Shown piece after piece: positions 1 through 7,625 of a stretch of 11,106 nucleotides of DNA (position 1 is the stretch's first letter; each line of letters opens with the position of its first letter). The notes under the pieces were generated by a model. That model was given only the letters and a program-made list of their open reading frames with translations, was not told the origin of the DNA and searched no databases. The position numbers and the translations under genes were made by a program. Source of the stretch: Octopus sinensis (Eukaryota); NCBI RefSeq assembly GCF_006345805.1, contig NW_021827092.1, forward strand, positions 1 through 11,106, in the 5' to 3' direction.

Positions 1-50
1 CCCACCCCGACCCGCCAAACTTTCAGGCCTCGTGCCTATAGTACAACAGA
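1..50 (+). repeat. Possible 3' tail remnant of a SINE, cut by the window edge
   Basis: 'aaactttcaggcctcgtgcctatagta' resembles a cephalopod SINE 3' end from recall only. It runs directly into a (TA)/(TG) microsatellite. Confidence 0.3.
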
Positions 51-130
51 TATATATATATGTGTGTGAGTGTATATATCTGTGTTTGTGTATATATATA
101 TATAATATAATATATATATTCATGTGTGTA
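51..130. repeat. Mixed (TA)n/(TG)n microsatellite
   Basis: Alternating TA/TG runs seen directly. It lies immediately 5' of a SINE 3' half, the position the internal microsatellite occupies in the full copies at 1743 and 3304. Confidence 0.85.
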
Positions 131-137
131 TATCTGA

Positions 138-343
138 ACCCCACCCCACATAACCATCACTTGACAACCTATGTTGGTCTGTTTACAACCCTTTAAGTTA
201 GTTTGGCAAAAGAGACTGATAGAATAAGTCCTAGGCTTACAAAGAATAAATCCTGGGGTCGATTTGTTTGACTAAAACCCTTTAAGGCAGTGCTCCAGCA
301 TGGCCGCAGTCAAATAACTGAAACAAGTAAAAGAAACAAAGAA
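138..343 (+). mobile_element. SINE family 1, 3' half
   Basis: Aligns by eye with 2001-2190 and 3590-3800. Shared blocks include ttgacaacc.atg.tggt.tgttta, gatagaataagt.cta, gtcgatttgtttg.cta, gctccagca..gcc.cag and actgaaacaagtaaaaga. Confidence 0.85.
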
Positions 344-360
344 TGTAATATATTTAGATG

Positions 361-543
361 CAGGGTTTCCCCCCAGGGGTGCACACACCGCTTGGGGGTG
401 CGAGCAGGGCTGGATTTATATGGGGTCAAAGTCGGCAATTGCTCGGGCACCTTTATTCTTATAAAAACTATTACTTTAAGGGGTGTGAGAACATATTAAA
501 GGTTTTTAAGGGTGCAGGGCATAAAAAAGGTTGGGAACCCCTT
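361..543. mobile_element. Putative hAT-type MITE (~183 bp)
   Basis: Left end CAGGGTTTCCC and reverse-complemented right end AAGGGGTTCCC match at 9/11. Repeated subterminal GGGTG(C/T) motifs occur near 376, 395, 480 and 510. CAGGGGTTCCC-like ends are typical of hAT/Charlie MITEs. An 8-bp TSD is only weakly seen (shared 'tagat'). Confidence 0.55.
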
Positions 544-552
544 CGATAGATA

Positions 553-1720
553 AACAGACAGATGTGAGATTTGGCTGCTATTTCTAGCAGTAACTCTGGC
601 ATCCATTAAGCATTGAAACATTCTATATTTAAATGTCTTTTCTTTCTGCCTCCCTCTCAGTATTTTCTGTATCCTTCTTCGCATATATTTTTTGCTCAAG
701 TCTTGCTGTTGTTTCTAGCATAGGAAACGTCTCAGTTTAATGGACCCTTTGTATTTGTCTTGTTTTGCGTGACAAATAGGTGTAGAATTTATAGACTGAA
801 GTTAATTTCAGAACTACAGCAGATTGGAGGGATTTTGGCTGCTATTTCAAACAAATCTAGCTATCATTTTCATTGGCTTCAATTTTTATTGGCTCATATA
901 TAAATATGGATGGAGTTACGTGAGGCAGTGATGCTGTTTCGACGTAGATTTGGCTGCTATTTCTAGCAGACCTTGCTTTCATTTACTTCTTATACATCAT
1001 GAATTTCGTTTTCTTTTCTAAATTAGACTTCATTTTCCATTTAATTATTCCAAATAAATTAATACAAAACTGGAAAACCATATAAGACAAATTGAGAGAA
1101 GAAAGAGATGGACGTTTCAATTCTATGCTGCTGCCGCATTATGTCGTACGTGAATGAGAGGATTTGCATCCCCCAACCAAGAATTTTTGATGTAACACAT
1201 GTCCTTGTGGAAGCTGTTGTGCGCGGCTGAAGAAGACCACAGACATACATTATGCTTTGTTATAAATCTGTCTAATAAAGGCCCGAAACATATGTACCGC
1301 TGAGTCCTTCGCATCAGTTTATTTTATTTTGATCAATAAGACAAATATATAGAACAGCTGTGATTCATGAGTTATGACTGCTATTTCTAGCAGCAAGTCT
1401 AAAAATAGTTACAAATGCACAATTAAATACAAGTTGAGCAAAACAACAGTTAAAGGAATGTATCACATATTTTTTTATAAAGTCTCCTTTCCAAAGCTTG
1501 TGCCTAGGTTTAGATTGTTGTTTGAAGAAGGGACGGAGGGAATATGTTTGGGGTCGATTTTCTGAAATAAAATCCTTGAGACTGGTGCCCCAGAATTGAC
1601 AGAAACAACAAGACAACGAGTAAAATCGGCAGAGGAAGGAATGGAACCAACATGTTGGAGTATACCTTGGTGTCGTTTAGGAATGTGTGTGGGAAGACAA
1701 TCGGAAAGAAACGAGTCGAC
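553..1720 (+). repeat. Copy A of a diverged ~0.8-kb duplicated unit, interrupted by extra sequence at ~1080-1400
   Basis: 571-1075 aligns collinearly with 2299-2755, and 1401-1720 with 2755-3070. Shared anchors include cagtttaatggacc, gtagaattt, taatttcagaa, atggagttacgtgag, atttaattatt, aattaatacaa, aaataaaatc, aatcggcagag and aaggaatggaacc. Confidence 0.85.
1093..1335. mobile_element. 243-bp insert flanked by an 11-bp direct repeat (ATAAGACAAAT)
   Basis: ATAAGACAAAT occurs at 1082-1092 and 1336-1346. The enclosed sequence is absent from duplicate copy B and starts TG, ends CA. Element class not identified. Confidence 0.5.
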
Positions 1721-1742
1721 ACAGGTACCAGTAATGCAAACT

Positions 1743-2212
1743 GGCATCGGCCAGGCTCTGTCATAAGAAGTTTGCTTCCCAACCACATGTTTCCAGGTTC
1801 AATCCTACTGTGTGGCACCTTAGGCAAGTGTCTTTTAAATGACCCTTAAGCCAACCAAAGCCTTGTGAGTGGATCTGCTTGATGGAAACTGAAAGAAGCC
1901 CATCATATATGTATGTATGTGTATCTATATGTATGTGTATATATACATATATATATACATACATATATATATATATATATACATATTCATTTGTGTGTGT
2001 CTACCCTACACCACACATCACCATCGTATGACAACCGATGTTGGTCTGTTTATGTCCCTGTGACTTTGATTTGACAAAAGAAACTGATAGAATAAGTACT
2101 AAACTTACAAAGATTTGTTTGACAGAAACCCAGTAAGGTGGTGCTCCAGCAGGGCCACAGTGAAATAACTGAAACAAATAAAAGAATAAATAAATGTACA
2201 AGAATAAAAGAA
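1743..2212 (+). mobile_element. SINE family 1, near full length (tRNA-derived head + internal microsatellite + 3' body)
   Basis: The head 'taagaagtttgcttcccaaccacatg...ggttcaatcc...gtggcaccttaggcaagtgtc...ggaaactgaaagaagccc' matches 3304-3465 and 5373-5520. A (TA)/(TG) tract at ~1905-2000 is followed by a 3' body matching 138-343. Confidence 0.9.
1796..1805 (+). promoter_or_regulatory. Pol III B-box in SINE head (GGTTCAATCC)
   Basis: Matches the GGTTCRANNC consensus. Equivalent boxes are TGTTCAGTCC at 3359-3368 and GGTTCAGTCC at 5421-5430. The upstream A-boxes are degenerate. Confidence 0.7.
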
Positions 2213-2280
2213 TGTATATATATATATATTTATATAAATAGAGAGACAAACAGACAGACAGACAAATAGATAGACAGACA
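2213..2280. repeat. (TA)n followed by (CAGA)n/(GATA)n microsatellite
   Basis: Directly visible simple repeats. Confidence 0.85.
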
Positions 2281-3069
2281 GCTGTGATTCAGTGAGTTTT
2301 GGCTGCTATTTCTAGCAAGTACATTTAACATTGATACATTATATATTTCGATCTTTTTTGGTTTTTGCTTTCCTCCCAGATTTTTCTCTGTCCGTCTTTG
2401 TATATATTTTTGCTAAACACTTGCTGCTGTTTCTAGCATATGAAATGACACAGTTTAATGGACCTGTTGTATTGGATTTGTTTTGCATGACAAACAGGCG
2501 TAGAATTTTAAACTGTAGCTAATTTCAGAAGTAGAGTGGATTGGAGGGGCATTTGGCTGCTATTTCAAGCAACTCTAGCTATATAACTATGTATGGAGTT
2601 ACGTGAGACAATATGGGGCTGTTTTCTCTGTAATTTGGCTGCTATTACTAGCAGCTCTTGCATTCAGTTGCATTTTATATGTCATGCTTTTAATTATTTT
2701 TTAATTAGGCATTAATTTGCATTTAATTATTAAAATGAAATTAATACAACAACAAAAAACTAGTTACAGACACAAACTTAAATACAAAGTTTGCTAGAAA
2801 CAACAGTTATATGAATGTATTGCATATTTTCTCACAAAGGGTCCCTTCCCAAAATATACGTCTAGATTTGGTTTGTGCTTCAGTACAAGAGACTAACTGA
2901 ATACGTATGGGGTGGATTTCTAAAATAAAATCTGTGAAACTGATGCCCCCAAATCAACATAACGAGACTACGAATATAATCGGCAGAGAAGGAATGGAAC
3001 CCGCATGTCAGAGTATATCTTGTCATAGTTTACGAATGTATTTGGGAAGATGACTGGGAGCATACGAAT

Positions 3070-3070
<1 letters not shown>
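2279..3070 (+). repeat. Copy B (uninterrupted) of the ~0.8-kb duplicated unit
   Basis: Collinear with 553-1075 plus 1401-1720, roughly 70-75% identity by eye. Confidence 0.85.

Positions 3071-3071
<1 letters not shown>

Positions 3072-3104
<33 letters not shown>
3072..3104. repeat. Pure (AT)n microsatellite
   Basis: About 16 AT units directly at the end of duplicate copy B. A similar tract lies at ~3240-3273. Confidence 0.95.
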
Positions 3105-3108
<4 letters not shown>

Positions 3109-3232
3109 CATCATTCTAGCTATACAACATACATTTACATATATATATGTTTATATATCAGGGCATTACCATACATAAATGCTTCACACTACGAGGGCTA
3201 TTAAGTCAAACTAAATACCATAATAAATACAT

Positions 3233-3281
<49 letters not shown>

Positions 3282-3303
3282 GTTTGTGTGCTCCACAAAT
3301 GTA

Positions 3304-3800
3304 TAGGCACAGGTGTTCCTGTGTGGTAAGAAGTTTGCTTTCCAACCAGAGGGTTCTGTGTTCAGTCCTACTGCATGGCACCTAGGGCAATTTTCTTCTA
3401 TTTTGACCTCGGGCCTTGTAAATGGACCTTGTCAGATGGAAACTGAAGTGAGCCCATCAGACATAAATATATGTATATATATACATACACACATATATAT
3501 ATATAGAGAGAGAGAGACAGAGAGAGAGAGATAGATAGATAGATAGATAAATATATATAGATTCGTGTGCATGTAGGTGTGCCTGGCTGTGTGTCAGCCT
3601 CCCTCCCACCCTCATCATAACTTGACAACCTATGGTGGTGTGTTTACATCCCTGTAATTTCATTCGGTAAAAAAGACTGCCAGAATATGTACTAAGCTTT
3701 CAAAGAGAAAGGCCTGAAGTCGATTTGTTTGGCTAAAGCCCTTAAGGCATTGCTCCAGTATGACCACAGTCCATTGCTGAAACAAGTAAAAGAAAAAGAG
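3304..3800 (+). mobile_element. SINE family 1, near full length
   Basis: Head at 3304-3465, compound (TA)(CA)(GA)(GATA) tract at ~3470-3560, and 3' body at ~3590-3800 ending 'ctgaaacaagtaaaagaaaaagag'. Confidence 0.9.
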
Positions 3801-3970
3801 TGTTTATATATCTATACAGATGGATGGTTAGATAAATAGATAGAAAGATAGATAGATAGAGAATATGATGATACTGTGGTGCCCCTGCATGGCCGTGACC
3901 TTTACACCAGAGGTCAATATACATATGTCTATATATGTGTGTGTGTTGTCTGTGTGTGTGTGTATAGATA

Positions 3971-4142
3971 TTCTTTTAGTTACATGACAGTGGCCATGTT
4001 GGAGCACCACTTCAGTCAGCATATCAACCCCAGGACTTATTCATTGTAAGCCTTGTACTCATTCTGTCAGTCACGGTTGCTGAACACAAAGTTACAGGGA
4101 TTGTAACACACACCAACATCGGTTACCAAGCAATGGTGTGGA
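3971..4142 (-). mobile_element. SINE family 1 (or close relative) 3' half, reverse orientation
   Basis: The reverse complement reads 'ccattgcttggtaaccgatgttggtgtgtta...ggcttacaatgaataagtcctggggttgat...ggtgctccaacatggccac...aaaagaa', which matches the + copies. Confidence 0.85.
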
Positions 4143-4170
4143 CAAACCACAGACAAACAATATATACATA

Positions 4171-4200
4171 CAGTGGTGGGCAAATAAATATTCGTGAGTG
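4171..4200 (+). mobile_element. Possible solo Tc1/mariner-like terminal inverted repeat
   Basis: TA|CAGTGGTGGGCAAATAAATATTCG resembles TA|CAGTG...CAAA..TATT Tc1 ends. No matching opposite end was found in the window. Confidence 0.35.
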
Positions 4201-4240
4201 TCATAATTCCTCATTTATTTGATTTCTAATGAACATAAAT

Positions 4241-4407
4241 GGATATACCAATACTATATTTGCATTCACTTGCATAAACTAAGAATACTTTTTTCACCCA
4301 TAAATATTTATAATTGTATATAAACTCCTTAGTTACTATAATTTATTAGTTTCATTTGCATATTCTTAGTTTATGCATGTGTATGCAAATATAGTATGGG
4401 TATATCC
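4241..4407. repeat. 47-bp inverted repeat (44/47) with 73-bp spacer
   Basis: 4241-4287 is ggatataccaatactatatttgcattcacttgcataaactaagaata. The reverse complement of 4361-4407 is ggatatacccatactatatttgcatacacatgcataaactaagaata. Confidence 0.95.
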
Positions 4408-4644
4408 CATTTTTCTATCATTTTCCCTAAACATGTTAGGTATTTAACCAGCAACTCCTTGAATGGTGCCATCCCTTAACTAAGGCGAAATTCACCTCTA
4501 ATTGAACTTATGAATATATGAAAACATCCAAGATTGTATTCTGATAGGAAAAAGGAAAACACCCAAAGGTGCTGCTTCACCTTTTTAATCAGTGAACGGA
4601 AGTAAAAAGAGAATAAATAAATTTATTTTTAATAAATTCAAAAT

Positions 4645-4732
4645 AACACAATGATTGTGATGGTGATGTTGATGATGATGAAGGTGATAATGCTGTTGTT
4701 GTTGTGTTGTTGTTGTTGGTGGTGGTGGTGGT
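4645..4732. repeat. Compound (GAT)/(GTT)/(GGT) trinucleotide microsatellite
   Basis: Directly visible. A related (GAT)n...(GGT)n tract lies at ~5157-5213. Confidence 0.85.
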
Positions 4733-5023
4733 GTAAGTATTTGCATCCAGACTGAAGAAAGTGAAATTTATGCTGAACAATGCATATTCATTAAAAAAAA
4801 ACCACAGTTTTAAGGGGTTTAAAAACAAAACCTTGAGATGACCCTGAATCTGTAATGAATGTTGTTATTAGTTTTGCAAAGAGGTTTAATTATATTTATT
4901 TTTGTCTAAAGGCAGCTTAGCCATTGTGACACAAAAGCAGATTGTTAGATGTTGAGAGGGAGGGAGGGGAAACACAAATCAAAAGAACAACAAGGATCAA
5001 ATGATTTCAGAGTGATTATTTGA

Positions 5024-5035
5024 AGAGAGAGAGAG

Positions 5036-5070
<35 letters not shown>
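5024..5070. repeat. (GA)n microsatellite
   Basis: About 22 GA units with one C interruption. Confidence 0.95.
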
Positions 5071-5073
<3 letters not shown>

Positions 5074-5372
5074 AGAATGAGGTTGTGTACAGGGAAAACA
5101 AAAACAATACACAAAGCATTATATTTTTAATAAATGACAGCTGAAACTAATGAATAAGATGATGATGATGATGAGAGTGGGGTGTTTTTTGTGGTGGCGG
5201 TGGTGGTGGTGGGGATGTGAATACTTGCATTTTGGGGACCAATGTGTAAACAAAACCCTTCAGTTGTTGAGTAAATGTAAATGAATGCTTTATCAGTTGG
5301 AAACAACTGGAATATTTCAAAATGGATTTTGAGATCTTAAGAGGGAGAAGGAAAATCAAATCCAAATAACAA

Positions 5373-5520
5373 CAGGAGTGTCTTTGTGATAAAAGCTTGC
5401 TTCCCAACTACATGGTTCCAGGTTCAGTCCCACTGGGTGGCACCTTAAGCAAGTGTCATCTACTATAACCAAAGCTTGTGAGTGGCTTTCATAGACAGAA
5501 ACAGAAAGAAGTCCATCCTG
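5373..5520 (+). mobile_element. SINE family 1, tRNA-derived head only
   Basis: 'agcttgcttcccaactacatggttccaggttcagtcccactgggtggcaccttaagcaagtgtc...agaaagaagtccatc' is followed by its TA/TG tract (5525-5704). The 3' body is missing beyond the Helitron end at 5705. Confidence 0.85.
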
Positions 5521-5704
5521 AATATATGAGTGTGTGTTTTGTGTATATGTATGTATATATATATAGTGTGTGTGTGTTGATAAATATTTGAGTGCAATTA
5601 TGAAGGTGTTTTAATCTGTTCTAGTGCATGTGTGCTGTGTGTGGTGGGTGTGTGTGTATGTATATATGTTTATATATAATATATATATTATATATATATA
5701 TATA

Positions 5705-6101
5705 CTAGCTGAAGGTGACCCGCTCTACGCGCGGCGGTAAGAGTGTGGTTGTTACTTTCTTTGCTTCCTTTCAGCACGTAAAATGCCCCATCCGATTAAA
5801 AGGATGGCGCAAATTTTTTAGCTTGATGTAACAGAGAATTCCTAAACACCCGCTCCTTGAATTTTAATCCCCTTCCAGCCCCATTTAGACCCTTTTCACA
5901 TTTTGGTTAATATAACCCGATTTCATTCGGGTCTACTGGGGCCACATTTTATAAGATGAGGAATTTTGTCCTAGAGGTGACGCCTTTCATTTGAGGAAAA
6001 AAATAGTTGTCATGCAAACTTGTCAGCACCTTTAACATAGGTGTGCATATTTTCAGCTGAATCGACCGACTACGTAATGCACACATTATATATATATATA
6101 C
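5705..6101 (-). mobile_element. Non-autonomous Helitron H1 (minus strand)
   Basis: The minus-strand 3' end reads ccgcgcgtagagcggg (hairpin)-tcaccttcag-CTAG|T, sitting in a TA tract. The body is shared with 10887-11106. The 5' TC is not preserved at ~6101 (tatatataca|t), so the 5' boundary is uncertain (alternative 7751). Confidence 0.75.
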
Positions 6102-6350
6102 ATCATCATCATCATCATCATCATCGTTTAACGTCCGTTTTCCGCGCTAGCACAAGTTGGACGGTTTCGACAGGGGTCTGGGGAGCTCGGGACTGCCCCA
6201 GGCTCCAGTCTAGTCTGGCAGTGTTTCTACAGCTGGATGCCCTTCCTAACGCCAACCACTCCGCGAGTGTAGTGGGTGTTTTTTACGTGCCACCTGCACA
6301 GGTGCCAGAGGGGTCTGGCATCGGCCACGTTCGGATGGTGCTTTTTTTTA
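6102..6350 (-). mobile_element. SINE family 2, 5'-truncated, (GAT)n tail
   Basis: A (CAT)8 tail is followed by the reverse complement of 10250-10492, including 'ggttggcgttaggaagggcatccagctgtagaaacactgccaga' and 'gaaaacggacgttaaacgatgatg'. It is truncated at a T run abutting the minisatellite. Confidence 0.9.
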
Positions 6351-7625
6351 TGGGGGGGGTGGAACAGAAATATAGGGGAGCACCAGCGGGAGGGGGGGTG
6401 GTTCAGAGGACAGGTACTAGGCAAGTAGAACGTAGTAGGATATCGAGAGAGGGGTAATGCATGGTGAAATAGCGTATTGAAGAGGGGGGTTCAAAGAGTA
6501 GACACCTATAAGGGTGGGGGGGGTGCAGAATATAGGGGGCACCAGTGGGAGGGGGGTTCAGAGGACAGGTTCTAGGCAAGTAGAACGTAGGACATCGAGA
6601 GAGGTGTTAATGCATGGTGAATAGCGTATTGAAGAGGGGGGTTCAAAGAGTAGACACCTATAATGGTGGTGGGGGGGTGCAGAAATATAGGGGAGCACCA
6701 GTGGGAGGGGTGGTTCAGAGGACAGGTTCTAGGCAAGTAGAACGTAGGATTTAGGATATCGAGAGAGGGGGAATGCATGGTGAAATAGCGTATTGAAGAG
6801 GGGGGTTCAAAGAGTAGACACCTATAATGGTGGTGGGGGGGGTGCCGAAATATAGGAGAGCACCAGTGGGAGGGGTGGGTCAGAGGACAGGTTCTAGGCA
6901 AGTAGAACGTAGGATATCGAGAGAGGGGTAATGCATGGTGAAATAGCGTATTGAGAGGGGGGTTCAAAGAGTGACACCTATAATGGTGGTGGGGGGGTGC
7001 AGAAATATAGGGGAGCACCAGTGGGAGGGGTGGTTCAGAGGACAGGTTCTAGGCAAGTAGAACGTAGGATATCGAGAGAGGGGTAATGTAATGGTGAAAT
7101 AGCGTATTGAAGAGGGGGGTTCAAAGAGTAGACACCTATAATGGTGGTGGGGGGGTGCAGAAATATAGGGGAGCACACAGTGGGAGGGGTGGTTCAGAGG
7201 ACAGGTTCTAGGCAAGTAGAACGTAGGATATCGAGAGAGGGGTAATGCATGGTGAAATAGCGTATTGAAGAGGGGGGTTCAAAGAGTAGACACCTATAAT
7301 GGTGGTGGGGGGGTGCAGAAATATAGGGGAGCACCAGTGGGAGGGGTGGTTCAGAGGACAGGTTCTAGGCAAAAGTAGAACGTAGGATATCGAGAGAGGG
7401 GTAATGCATGGTGAAATAGCGTATTGAAGAGGGGGGTTCAAAGAGTAGACACCTATAATGGTGGTGGGGGGATGCAGAAATATAGGGGAGCACCAGTGGG
7501 AGGGGTGGTTCAGAGGACAGGTTCTAGGCAAGTAGAACGTAGGATATCGAGAGAGGGGTAATGCATGGTGAAATAGCGTATTGAAGAGGGGGGTTCAAAG
7601 AGTAGACACCTATAATGGTGGTGGG
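6351..7625. repeat. G-rich minisatellite, ~157-bp unit x ~8.1
   Basis: The marker 'cagaggacagg' recurs eight times at spacings of ~155-165 bp between ~6400 and ~7520. Unit: gtgggaggggtggttcagaggacaggttctaggcaagtagaacgtaggatatcgagagaggggtaatgcatggtgaaatagcgtattgaagaggggggttcaaagagtagacacctataatggtggtgggggggtgcagaaatataggggagcacca. Confidence 0.97.

Noticed and set aside
575-590. Minus-strand GCTAGAAATAGCA matches the SpCas9 sgRNA scaffold repeat:anti-repeat tetraloop
   Set aside because: The flanks (GTTTTAGA / AGTTAAAATAAGG) are absent, the sgRNA loop is an engineered junction, and the motif sits in diverged genomic duplicates. This is coincidence, not vector contamination.
641-900. Polypyrimidine+CAG acceptor conserved in both duplicates (660 and 2378) followed by a hydrophobic reading frame
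   Set aside because: Copy A has TAG where copy B has TAT, copy B stops at 2522, substitutions are not mainly synonymous, and no matching donor was found. It is probably non-coding.
1743-1830. tRNA gene at SINE heads with B-boxes
   Set aside because: I could not build a cloverleaf, the A-box is degenerate, and the sequence continues into SINE body. It is tRNA-derived, not a tRNA.
575-2654. CRISPR array interpretation of the hairpin-motif array or the 9493-9797 repeat
   Set aside because: The context is eukaryotic with no cas genes. Spacers are 65-115 bp and irregular in the first case and pure (CA)n in the second.
4565-4586. aaaggtg-ctgctt-caccttt stem followed by a T run, resembling an intrinsic terminator
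   Set aside because: Bacterial terminators are irrelevant in this context, and a 7-bp stem is expected by chance in 11 kb.
4733-4738. GTAAGT splice donor after the trinucleotide tract
   Set aside because: The upstream 'exon' is a microsatellite with no acceptor, and the paralogous site reads GTGAAT.
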